This document shows positions 35,911 through 48,000 of a stretch of 64,000 bases of DNA, one piece after another; position 1 is the stretch's first letter, and each line of letters opens with the position of its first letter. Position numbers and translations under genes: made by a program. The DNA comes from Tubulanus polymorphus (Eukaryota; Animalia; Nemertea). Under the pieces are notes generated by a model. The model ran no database searches, had not been told where the DNA came from, and worked only from the letters and a program-made list of their open reading frames with translations. Location: the NCBI RefSeq assembly GCF_964204645.1, contig NC_134035.1, positions 992,001 to 1,056,000 on the forward strand, given 5' to 3'.

Positions 35911-36237
35911 ATTATTTCGTTTTGCCGCATGTTATAAAAAGTAACGTAAATAAATAAAACGTCCATCTATATAAAATGCTCTTTCTCTGTCTCGGGCACT
36001 TTGCCCCGGAAAGGACTCTTCCCTCTCACAACTTCCACTTGCCCCGGAAAAGGACAAAGTCAAAAAGGAAAGGACAAACGCAAAGTACAAATCAAAGGAT
36101 TTATTCCAAATTCAAAGTAGGAATTTGTTACAGCTTGTTTGCAAAAGATTCAACATTTTATTGAAACGAACAAAATCAAAATTCAACATTTTATTCAATC
36201 AATTCATTCAATCAACCAATAAAAATTATTTACAATA

Positions 36238-36300
36238 CGGGATTTGAACCACCAACCACTGGTCTAGCAGTCCAGCACCCTACCCACTACGCTATAGGGA
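36238..36300 (-). other. tRNA-like sequence (pseudogene or SINE head; GCT at the anticodon position)
   Basis: Minus strand TCCCTATAGCGTAGTGGGTAGGGTGCTGGACT-GCT-AGACCAGTGGTTGGTGGTTCAAATCCCG has A/B-box-like motifs; the acceptor stem is poor. Confidence 0.4.
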
Positions 36301-36424
36301 CGTACTGACAGCCTGCAGGGGAACTCATATTTATCCATTGCTTAAGCAAATTTTATTAAAAAAATAATGCCATCTACCGGGCGAGACAGGAACTAGTTCC
36401 TATCACAACCCGGTAGATGGTGGA

Positions 36425-37040
36425 GAATGAGACCAGAAGAAGGAGATGAGAGGAGAGGAGAGAATGAGAGATGAGTATGAGATGTTAAAGAGTGAGAGAT
36501 GAGTATCAGATGAGAATTAAAGAGTGAGAGAATGAGAGAGAGTATCAGATGAGAATTAAAGAGTGAGAGATGAGAATGAGATGAGAATGAGAGATGAGAA
36601 TGAGATGAGAATGAAAGCGTGAGATGAGAGATGAGTATGAGAGATGAGTATGAGAGATGAGTATGAGAGATGAGTATGAGAGATGAGAATGAGAGATGAG
36701 TATAAGATGATAATGAAAGAGTGAGATGAGAGATGAGTATGAGATGAGAATGAGAGATGAGTATGAGATGAGAATTAAAGAGTGAGAGATGAGAATGAGA
36801 TGAGTATCAGATGAGAATTAAAGAGTGAGAGATGAGAATGAGATGAGAGATGAGTATGAGAGATGAGTATGAGAGATGAGTATAAGATGATAATGAAAGA
36901 GTGAGATGAGAGATGAGTATGAGATGAGAATGAGAGGTGAGTATGAGATGAGGATGAAAGAGTGAGATGAGGATGAGTATGAGAGATGAGTATGAGATGA
37001 GAGAGTGAGAGATGAGAGATGAAAGAGAGAGACAGAGGAT
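36425..37040. repeat. Purine-rich compound microsatellite (GAGAT/GAGTAT/GAGAAT)
   Basis: About 600 bp of interleaved ATGAG-type units, almost devoid of C on the + strand. Confidence 0.95.
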
Positions 37041-37469
37041 AATAGGATTGTATATCACCTGAACTTCTATGTTCCTCGTTGTTTTCTATCCGGCAGATTC
37101 TAGATGCCGTCAGTAGTTTTAATTTTACAGTTTTTAGTTCAAACAGATATTTATCCCATCAGCAGCAAAGTCATCACATAGTTAGTCCTCGTGGACATAA
37201 AGTTCACTATAACTGAATTCAAGTTCTCCCAATATGTGTTCGTTTGTTTGTCTATCCTCCCGGTGAGTTCTAACGCTGCCAACACATATTTTATCCAGTT
37301 CATCTGATGTAGTCCTGATCATCAAACGCAAACTTCAATAATTCCATCCTAATGATGACAAACACCCTAAAAGATATAAATGAAACTTAATAGATTTGAG
37401 GCAACCAATCAGTTATACACAGTTTGAGTTAAGTCTAGTTACCGGTGTATCAGAGAAATGGCAATCTAA

Positions 37470-38260
37470 GGTAGGGGGCCAAGGGTCAAATATTTTTTGT
37501 CTCCAATTTCGATGAAATTCGGTATAGACATGTATTATGGGGTGCTGATCACAAATCTGAAAGAATTTTTCGGATTCCGTGGCCCAGAAATCCAGAAATT
37601 CGAATTTTTGGGGGACCCCTAAATATTCAAAAGGCCTTGGACCCCAGAGTTTTCAAAATATACGAAATCTGATTGCAGATTTAGAATCAGCACCCCTGAA
37701 AATATACAGAACTAAAATTTCAAGCAAATCGAAGAGATTCGATTTTTTGGCCAAAAATGGCAAAAATCTAAGGTGTTAGTCCAGGAGTTTTTTTTCGGCG
37801 AAAAATTTTTTTTCTCTGATTCCTTCGAAATTTGGTAGGAATATATATTCTGAGGTGTAGATTCCGGATCCGCAATCAGATTTTGAATCGGAATTCATCT
37901 TCATGGGCAAATAAGGGTTTTAATGCCCAAAATATGCACCCCAAAATTGGGGTACAAAGTCAAAATTTTTTTTTGGCCCAATTTTAATAAAATTTTGTGC
38001 AGACATGTTTTTTGGGGTGCTGGTTACAAATATGAGGTTAGATTTTGGATCCGAGGCAACTAAAATGAGATATTCAGGATTTCGTGTTTTGACCCCCATA
38101 ATTTCGTCACAAATTTTGATGAAATTCGCCCGCAAAATTCGGTCCAAAAACGATTTTTATTCAATGATGCCAAATATTCAATTAATTTTTAAGGTAGAAA
38201 TTGATGCTCTTACTAAAACCCTGAATTATAATTCCTGCAACACAATTACAGGCTGCTTCA
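37470..38260. mobile_element. Transposon-like block A with internal GGGGTGCTGA/TCAGCACCCC inverted sub-repeats (copies at ~47165-47930 and ~62885-63650)
   Basis: Repeated GGGGTGCTG and AATCAGATTTT/AAATCTGA motifs in both orientations, as in subterminal regions of non-autonomous DNA transposons; true termini not identified. Confidence 0.45.
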
Positions 38261-38696
38261 AATAGCCACATTGAAAATTCTTATGAAATGCAGTGTAAAC
38301 AGTGTTTACAGATAAACTGCTTTCTCATAATTGTTTGGGAAACTTTTAAGAAATTCTACTCACACTCACCAGCCCTTGTCTAGCAGTAATGGTAGTCCAC
38401 CGAGTTCCACAAATCCACATACAGAGATCCACACCTCCTGGAGTCCACCACTGACTGTTTTTTTATGAGTATCAATCCACTTATTGTCCAGTTAGTTGAC
38501 TAAATAGTCCAGTTAGTTCACATATAGTCTGGTTAGTTCACTAGTAGTCCGGAAGAAGTTGACTGAAGAAGTAAAACTGTGATAAATTTCAGTTGAAGTC
38601 CACCACGTCCAGTATTCGTGATGAAGTTTACACCACAGCCCGACAGAGGAAAACCTGAAATATAAAATTGAAACCACATTAACAGGGAGACTGACT

Positions 38697-39165
38697 GAGA
38701 GGTTGAGGGAGGATGGGATGAGAGGTTGGGGAGGATGGGGTGATGAGGTTGGGGAGGATGGGGTGATGAGGTTGGGGAGGATGGGGTGAGAGGTTGGGGG
38801 AGGATGGGTAAGAGGTTGAGGGAGGATGAAGTGAGAGGTTGGGGGAGGATGGGGTGAGAGGTTGAGGGAGGATGGGGTGAGAGGTTGGGGACAATGGGGT
38901 GATGAGGTTAAGGGAGGATGAGGTGAGAGGTTGGGGTGAGGTTGAGGGAGGATGGGGTGAGAGGTTGGGGCGAGGTTGAGGGAGGATGGGGTGATGAGGT
39001 TGGGGGAGGATGGGTTGGGAGGTTGGGGGAGGATGGGTTGGGAGGTTGGGGGAGGATGGGTGAGAGGTTGAGGGAGGATGAAGTGAGAGGTTGGGGTGAG
39101 GTTGAGGCAGGATGGGGTGAGAGGTTGAGGGAGGATGGGGTGAGAGGTCGAGGGAGGATGGGTAA
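38697..39165. repeat. G-rich ~23-bp satellite (GGGGTGAGAGGTTGAGGGAGGAT)n, block B
   Basis: Further arrays at 44105-45030, 48245-48370, 60116-60752, ~63843-63900, and inverted at 21950-22345. Confidence 0.95.
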
Positions 39166-40778
39166 AAAGTGAAGCAAAACAGCACAATTACTCTGACATA
39201 GTAAAAGTTTTCAGCAGTTTTCAGTACGGCACTGGATTAACAGATTCTCGTTTTACACAAGAGCCCAGCCTGTGGCAGTGGGAGAAAGCTGGTGTAACTA
39301 ACTGGTCGAGTCAGCTGGTCTTAACTTGCTGAACAAGATGTGGTGCTGGAGGAAGTTGAAGAACAGTTCATCAAGATTTGTGAAACTATCGCCTGCACCA
39401 TGTGCAATGCAAGCGGCTAGGGTAGTGCGGCCCGTGTAGGCTAGAAAGTGGTTTTGACACCGAGTGAGGTCCCTGTTAGTCTAGCACCTAGCCGTCGTTC
39501 CCCAAACAACCCGAAACCCGTAGTAACAACGACTGACTGATTCCAAATAAATTTAGTAGGTCCCTCACCTGCTCACTGACTGTGTCGTGACGTGTCGTGT
39601 CTGCGCCGAAGTCAACTGGAGTGAGGTCCCCCTGTGCGTCCCCGAGGACATGAAATATCACGAATTCTTGTCTTTTTACCCAATATCAAATTCGTACATT
39701 TAAAATCATCGTGGCTTTAAAGTCTTTATCAATTGAAGGAAATGTTCACTGTAAATAAAGAATTAGCGATTGAATTGAGCCCGCTCCACAGTAAAAATAG
39801 CGCGATCAATTCAATCTCGACCGTCTAGTGCTGCCCCTATGTATAACGATAGCGTGGAAAGCGTGAACTAACATTATACTCGCTTGCCAGAGTCTTCGAA
39901 CGGTAGTAGTGGACGAACTAATTACCGATTTGCGGGCCGGATTCCGAGGAAAATTCTCGAACTCTGAAAACTGCTCTGAAACGTTTGAACCAAACAAATT
40001 TTCTATAAAAGAATAAGCCTTAAAAGAGTAAATTTGAATCGGGGTATTTTTAGTATGGTCTGGGAGAGAGCGACAGGTGTTTGTATGTTCCCTGATTATT
40101 TGCGCCCAATTAGAATACATCGAAGAAAAAATATGGACATTTTGTCAATTCAGATGATAAATTATCATTCAAAAATGTAAATGAATAAGTTATTCTGTAT
40201 ATAAATATTATATTAATTGATAAGTAAGTGAATTTTAGCTAAAAAGAATTAAATATGTTACCTAAAAAATAAGGAAATATCATACAAAATTCAGAACGTA
40301 TTCATAGTATCATATTTAATCAGAATTAGGCGCCACACCGGTCTGTATTGTACGTAATAAGGAAATTTAAATTCCGGCGGTAAATATGCACTACTATTTT
40401 AGTTCACAGAAATTCCGCTATCGTAATTCATTGGGGCAGCACTGAACGGTAGATATCTAACTCAGCCTAGCAATCTTACTGTGGCATGCGAGTAATACAG
40501 ATATTTTTCTTAGCCGAATTTCGTTCAATGTTTAATATGAGTCCATTGTATATGAATAATTCTACTATTGTTTTAGGTTTTTCGAAGGGGATCATCTTTT
40601 TAAAACGAATTTCAAACTATTTTTGATAGAACTCTTTTGTCTGCGGAATGTACTAGTATCCGGTAAAGCGGTAGGCTCACATGCCAAAGGATGAATTTCA
40701 AGCAAATTAAATTTTATTTTCTAAAATAGTGCATTCAACTACCACTAACACTGTAACCAGAACAGAAGCCCTGAAACT

Positions 40779-41169
40779 ATTACAATTGATGTCCACGCCT
40801 GGCAATATTCGTTAGCCATTTTTGCCGTGTTTTACTCCGTCATACTTGGAACGATAATGGCGACATATGCACAAAAGTGTACAGACTCGTATCTGGAAGC
40901 AGGTCTGGTTCGGGTAGAGCTGATCCCACCGAATTGATTTTAGCACGTACGTGGGAGTTTGGTGATAAATCTGTGTAATTTATTTTGCTGGCTACCGTTA
41001 ATCATCGTTCAGTTTTGCGTCGTATTCGGGGTTCAAATACCGAATCAGGTGGCGGCTTGGCTGGCCGTTCTTTTCTTACTGATTAACTCGTCCCTCAATC
41101 CCCTTCTTTACACCATACTGACTCGATATGAAATCCATTCGAGCAAAAACTAAACGCTTTCGACATTAA
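40779..41169 (+). pseudogene. Pseudogene fragment (TM5-TM7 and C-terminus) of the GRL101-like receptor
   Basis: Near-copy of 56712-57098 with frameshifting indels (GCACAAAAGTGTAC, GCACGTACGTGGGAG, ACT--CGAT); no 5' part. Confidence 0.92.
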
Positions 41170-42022
41170 ACAATTTGAACTTGAACATACGGAAGCGATG
41201 AGGCTCCGAATCTTCCCAAAAACGAAAGTGAAATTGTACAACTTAACTATTTTTCTCTCACAAGCCCTGGCACACCTGGCAAACCCCAAAACCTGCCGAA
41301 CTGAGTGAGTCTGAGGAGATGAAAGAACCATTTAACACAACGAACGTCAAAAAACCCACAGAGATTATTTCTATTGTCCGCCCACCACGTCAGATAAGAA
41401 ACGATCGAGCCCTGGCAAGCGAGGAAAAGGTCCCGTTTTGCTATGGCAAACGAGACCAATTTTTACACACATGTCTAATATATATCGATACAAGAAAAGA
41501 ACGAAAATGAATTCCAACTTACCCCTCAGTTTGATGACACGAATCACTAAAATTAATCAATGTTTTATTTGGTTGAAGATGGTGACGCTTAGAAATCAGG
41601 GCCGTACTTAGCGGGGGAGTTTAGTCCGATCTCATTCCCATATGGAAAATCCCACATATATTCATCTTGGTCAGTCAATATCATCCTGAATCTCTGCTAA
41701 TTTAAACTGCACACGGTCCACACACGGTCCACATTCTCCCCAATCCCTTCGTGTCGTAAGGCAGCATATAAGTTTAAGTTTAAGTTTAAGTGTATATATA
41801 CATGTCCGAGTGATTCGTGTATAGAATGTATATAGGTTAATCGCGTCTGTCCCGGTCACGGTTCCATTGAGTCGAACGTGATGGAACATTGTTCAAATAT
41901 GAAACTTCAACCTCCAAACGACGTTGATAAACATAAAATTAATGTTGAATCATAATTGCATTGAAGTATTCACCATGTCTAGACAATTCCTTGAAGGGTT
42001 TCAACTAGCAGATTTCCACCAG

Positions 42023-42080
42023 CACAGTGGTCAAGATGGCGAAAAGGGAATAAAATCAGGGCTTTCCAGGTTCGAATCCA
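42023..42080 (+). mobile_element. tRNA-like SINE head (duplicate at ~57950-58006)
   Basis: CAGTGGTCAAG...GGTTCGAATCC A/B-box pair. Confidence 0.35.
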
Positions 42081-44104
42081 ATCTAGAACTCATGCGGATT
42101 CAGGGCCGGATATCCCATGTTCGAAGACCCTAATCACTCCGCTTATGCTTAACTGTAACAGCTATCTTTTGTCCAAAATGGAAAACAAAAATCCAAAACC
42201 AAATCTAAGATTTATAATATACTGTTTTTTATTTAGTATCAAAATTAAGAAAGATTTTTGGTCGATTTTCTTCAGTTGTCAACCGTAAAATATGTGTCTT
42301 TTTTAACACTTGTTTACTTTAAAAATAGATGCTCAATATTCAAAGAATTAAATTCTTCTTGTAACTAACCACATCTTTTGTTCTTGAGACTCAACATTAA
42401 TGCAGATATCGATTCATAGCAGCCCGGAGCCTGCCTCCCTCGGCCCGGGTTTTGCAGCCCCTCAGACACTCAATACATTGCCGATATCCTTCTTCAAATT
42501 TTTGATCGTAAAGAATTCTCTCGAATAATTAGTTTGTAATCAAATACAGTAGACGTCACTCAAGATCAACTCGATGTTGGTTGAAATATTTTTTGTAACA
42601 CTATTCATGAAATCAGGTATCACTCAAGTCGGGCACATTTTTACAGCCCCAAATGTTCGACTTGACCCGAGTCTACTGTACTTGTTTGGAGGATGGTGAG
42701 ATATCACCTTGCCTCATTAGACATTAGTCATCTATCAACACACTTTAAAATCATCCAGACTTCAGTTTTATGTTCAACGAGAACTTTAGTATCTGTCTTG
42801 CACACTCCAGGACTGGGTGTAAGTAAAACGGTGAAAAGGGCCTGAAGAGGGCGCCGATTCCAGGCCGCAGATCGATAGCTTCATAAGACGAAAAATGCAC
42901 AAAATGCTTACAAAGTTAGTTTATAATTTGAAAATGGTTTTCAGAGACAAAAATATATAAATATATACACATTAATAATTGCGGTCGATAAAGGTATTGG
43001 TAAAATGAACGAATCGAACATTTAAACATTAAAACAGTCACCATATCTGTACATTACTAACATCAAAATAGAAACAAAACATTTGATAAAAATCCCAAGG
43101 AGGAGGGTGGTTCAGAGGGGTAGCCATCTTGAGCTACCAGCTTGTTTCGGTGAAAGAAATAATGTCTATATATTCGAAAATTACATGGTTAGAAACATCA
43201 TCCCACCGGCCCACACCACAGTAGCCGGGAAAACTGAAATATCTACCTACGCAGAACGCCTAATTAGATGAATTAATTTTTACGATTTCCGAGGAATTCT
43301 TCACAAAAACGTAACACATTTTTAAAACATGAAACACTATACAATATTCTCGTAAAAACGTAATCAAAAACACCGAAAGAAACCCGCATTACATCAACCA
43401 AACAGCGTGTAACAAAACAATACATCTTCAGGGCTGAGACAAACCTGTTGATTTAACGTAAAGTTTGTTACATGTTTCTAGATGAAAGTCGAGCGCAAAT
43501 TAACTAAATCTTGAGTTGATAGAATCGTCCTATTGACACGCATGCCAACTGGAGGGGTGGCATCCACTGGGTACCCGACTGAAACCCATCCGAAGCAAAA
43601 AACTGCCGAACCGTGGCCCGCGTATCGTTTACTAAAAAGAAAAAAATCTGAATACCACAAGAGAATTATTGTACATACTATTATCTATAGTACTCACGCA
43701 GTGTAGTGGTCATACTAGTAGTACGGTGTGAATGTGCTTGCAAGCGTGTGCGCTTGTATTAAATATGGGAGATCGACGGTGTTCCGTGCGATCGCGCACA
43801 CGCTTTTGAATATTAATTTAGAAAAATGGTAGTTCCACACCTCCTGGAGTCCACCACTGACTGTTTTTTATGAGTATCAATCCACTTTAGATGACTTAAT
43901 AGTCCAGTTAGTTCACATATAGTCCGGTTAGTTCACTAGAAGTCCAGCTAGTTTCACTAGTAGTCCGGAAGAAGTTGACTGAAGAGAAGTGATAAATTTC
44001 AGTTGAAGTCCACCACGTCCAGTATTCATGATGAAGTTTACACCACAGCCCGACAGAGGAAAACCTGAAATATAAAATTGAAATCACATTAACAGGGAGA
44101 CTGA

Positions 44105-45030
44105 CTGAGAGGTTGAGGGAGGATGGGATGAGAGGTTGGGGGAGGATGGGGTGATGAGGTTGGGGAGGATGGGGTGATGAGGTTGGGGAAGGATGGGGTG
44201 AGAGGTTGGGGTGAGGTTGAGGGAGGATGGGGTGAGAGGTTGGGGGTGGGATGAGAGGTTGGGGACAATGGGGTGATGAGGTTGAGGGAGGATGGGTGAG
44301 AGGTTGAGGGAGGATGAAGTGAGAGGTTGGGGTGAGGTTGAGGGAGGATGGGGTGAGAGGTTTGGGGTGGGATGAGAGGTTGGGGACAATGGGGTGATGA
44401 GGTTGAGGGAGGATGAGGTAAGAGGTTGGGGTGAGGTTGGGGGAGGATGGGGTGAGAGGTTGGGGTGAGGTTGAGGCAGGATGGGGTGATGAGGTTTGGG
44501 GAGGATGGGGTGAGAGGTTGAGGGAGGAAGGGGTGAGAGGTTGAGGGAGGATGGGGTGAGAGGTTGAGGAGGGATGGGGTGATGAGGTTGAGGGAGGATG
44601 AGGTGAGAGGTTGGGGTGAGGTTGAGGGAGGATGGGGTGATGAGGTTGGGGGAGGATGGGGTGAGGTTGAGGGAGGGTCGGGTGAGAGGTTGAGGGAGGA
44701 TGGGGTTAGAGGTCGAGGCAGGATGGGGTGAGAGGTCGAGGCAGGATGAGGTGAGAGGTTGGGGTGAGGTTGAGGCAGGATGGGGTGATGAGGTTTGGGG
44801 AGGATGGGGTGAGAGGTTGAGTGAGGAAGGGGTGAGAGGTTGAGGGAGGATGGGGTGATGAGGTTGAGGGAGGATGAGGTGAGAGGTTGGGGTGAGGTTG
44901 AGGGAGGATGGGGTGATGAGGTTGGGGGAGGATGGGGTGAGAGGTTGAGGGAGGGTCGGGTGAGAGGTTGAGGGAGGATGGGGTTAGAGGTCGAGGCAGG
45001 ATGGGGTGAGAGGTCGAGGGAGGATTGGGT
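44105..45030. repeat. Longest G-rich satellite array (block B)
   Basis: About 40 variant units of GGGGTGAGAGGTTGAGGGAGGAT. Confidence 0.95.
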
Positions 45031-48000
45031 GAAAAGTGAAGCAAAACAGTACAATTACTCTGACATAGTAAAGGCTTAAACAAAAGTTTTCAGCAGTTTT
45101 CAGTCACACTGGATTAACAGATTCTCGTTTTACACAAGAGCCCAGCCTGTGGCAGTGGGAGAAAGCTGGTGTAACTAACTGGTCGAGTCAGCTGGTCTTA
45201 ACTTGCTGAACAAGATGTGGTGGAAAAGAGGGACGAGGAAGTAACAGGAAATTGTAAGAACAGTTCATCAACAAGATTTGTGAAACTATCGCCTGCACCA
45301 TGTGCAATGCAAGCGGCTAGGGTAGTGCGGCCCGTGTAGGCTAGAAAGTGGTTTTTGACACCGAGTGAGGTCCCTGTTAGTCTAGTACCTAGCCGTCGTT
45401 CCCCAAACAACCCGGAACCCGTAGTAACAACGACTGACTGATTCCAAATAAATTTAGTAGGTCCCTCACCTGCTCACTGTGTCGTGACGTGTCGTGTCTG
45501 CGCCGAAGTCAACTGGAGACGAGTGAGGTCCCCCTGTGCGTCCCTGAGGACATGAAATATCACGAATTCTTGTCTTTTTACCCAATATCAAATTCGTACA
45601 TTTAAAATCATCGTGGCTTTAAAGTCTTTATCAATTGAGGGAAATGTTCACTGTAAATAAAGAATTAGCGATTGAATTGAGCCCGCTCCACAGTAAAAAT
45701 AGCGCGATCAATTCAATCTCGACCGTCTAGTGCTGCCCCTATGTATAACGATAGCGTGGAAAACGTGAACTAACATTATACTCGCTTGCCAGAGTCTTCG
45801 AACGGTTGTAGTGGACGAACTAATTACCGATTTGCGGGCCGGATTCCGAGGAAAATTCTCAAACTCTGAAAACTGCTCTGAAACGTTTGAACCAAACAAA
45901 TTTTCTATAAAAGAATAAGCCTTAAAAGAGTAAATTTGAATCGGGGTATTTCTGGTATGGTCTGGGAGAGAGCTACAGGTGTTTGTATGTTCCCTGATTA
46001 TTTGCGCCCAATTAGAATACATCGAAGAAAAAATATGGACATTTTGTCAATTCAGATGATAAATTATCATTCAAAAATGTAAATGAATAAGTTATTCTGT
46101 ATATAAATATTATATTAATTGATAAGTAAGTGATTTTTAGCTAAAAAGAATTAAATATGTTACCTAAGAAATAAGGAAATATCATGCAAAATTCAGAACG
46201 TATTCATAGTATCATATTTAATCAGAATTAGGCGCCACACTGGTCTGTATTGTACGTAATAAGGAAATTTAAATTCCGGCGGTAAATATGCACTACTATT
46301 TTAGTTCATAGAAATTCCGCTATCGTAATTCATTGGGGCAGCACTGAACGGTAGATATCTAACTCAGCCTCACCATCTTACTGTGGCATGCGAGTAATAC
46401 AGATATTTTCCTTAGCCGAATTTCGTTCAATGTTTAATATGAGTCCATTGTATATGAATAATTCTACTATTGTTTTAGGTTTTTCGAAGGGGATCATCTT
46501 TTTAAAACGAATTTCAAACTATTTTTGATAGAACTCTTTTGTCTGCGGAATGTACTAGTATCCGGTAAAGCGGTAGGCTCACATGCCAAAGGAAGAATTT
46601 CAAGCAAATTAAATATTATTCTCTAAATAGTGCATTCAACTACCACTAATTCACTGTAACCAGAAAAAAATGTTCTGAAACTATTAAAGAAACAATTTTC
46701 TATGAAAAAATAAGGCTTAAGGGTAAGTTTGAATCGGGGATATTCCTAGTTTCGTCTGGGAGAGAACGACAGGTTCTAGATGCCAGGAGCATTTTTTTTC
46801 AGTTGCCCCGTTTTTAGTTCAAACACAACCAATCGGTAGTGTCACATATTTAGTCCTCGTGGACATAAAATTCCCTATAAGTGAAGTCAAGTTCTCCCAA
46901 TATGTGTTCGTTTGTTTGTTTATCCTCTCGGTGAGTTCTAACGCTGCCCACACATATTTATCCAGTTCATCTGATGTAGGTCCTGATCAACAAACAAAAA
47001 CGTCAATATATAGTTCCTAATGATGACAAACTCTGAAAAAAAATATACACGAAACTTTATAGATTTGAGGCCACCAGTCAAACATACAGAGTTAGAGTTA
47101 AGTCTAATTACCGGTGTATCAGAGAAATGGCAATCTGAGGTAGGCTACTCAACAAAATGAGTGTCAGGGGTCGAATATTTTTTGTCTCCGATTTCGATGA
47201 AATTCAGTATAGACATGTATTATGGGGTGCTGATCACAAATCTGAAAGAATTTTTCGGGTCCGAGGCCCAGAAAATGAGAAATTCGAATTTTTGGGGGAC
47301 CCCCTAAATTTTCAAAAGGCCTTGGACCCCAGAGTTTTTGAGATATTCGAAATCTGATTTCAGATTTGGAATCAGCACCCCTGAAAATATAGAGGACTAA
47401 AATTTTAAACAAATAGAAGAGATTCGATTTTTTGGCTAAAAATGGCAAAAATCTAAGGTGTTAGTCCAGGAGTTTTTTTTCGGCGAAAAATTTTTTTTCT
47501 CTGATTCCTTCGAAAATTAGTAGGAATATGTATTCTGAGGTGTAGAATCCGGATCCGTAATCAGATTTTGAATCGGAATTCATCTTCATGAGCAAATAAG
47601 GGTTTTAATGGCCAAAATATGCACCCCAAAAATGGGGTACAAAGTCAAAATTTTTTTTTGGCCCAATTTTAATGAAATTTTGTGCAGACATGTTTCTTGG
47701 GGTGCTGATTACAAATATGAGGTTAGATTTTGGATCTGAAGCTCGTAAAATGAAATATTCAGGATTTCGTGTTTCGACCCCCTTAATTTCGTCACAAATT
47801 TTGATGAAATTCGGTCCAAAAACGATTTTTATTCAATGAAGTCAAATATGCAATTTATTTTTAAGGTAGAAATTGATTCTCTTACTAAAACCCTGGATTA
47901 TAATTCCTGCAACACAATTACAGGCTGCTTCAAATAACCACATTGACAATTCTTATGAAATGTAGTAAACAGAGTGAGTATCAATCCACTTATAGTCCGG

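Larger units (their letters stand above)
37098..46773 (+). repeat. Tandem segmental unit 1 (~9.7 kb; receptor gene largely deleted)
   Basis: 37098-40782 is colinear with 46774-49745, and 40779-46773 is colinear with 56712-62494. Confidence 0.85.

Noticed and set aside
39806-40120. 104-aa ORF conserved in four copies (also 45708, 48769, 61430)
   Set aside because: Conservation is explained by recent segmental duplication; no domain or coding signature seen.
40650-40690. tRNA-Val(CAC)-like fragment in block C
   Set aside because: Only D-arm- and anticodon-like parts; no T-arm/B box or acceptor stem.
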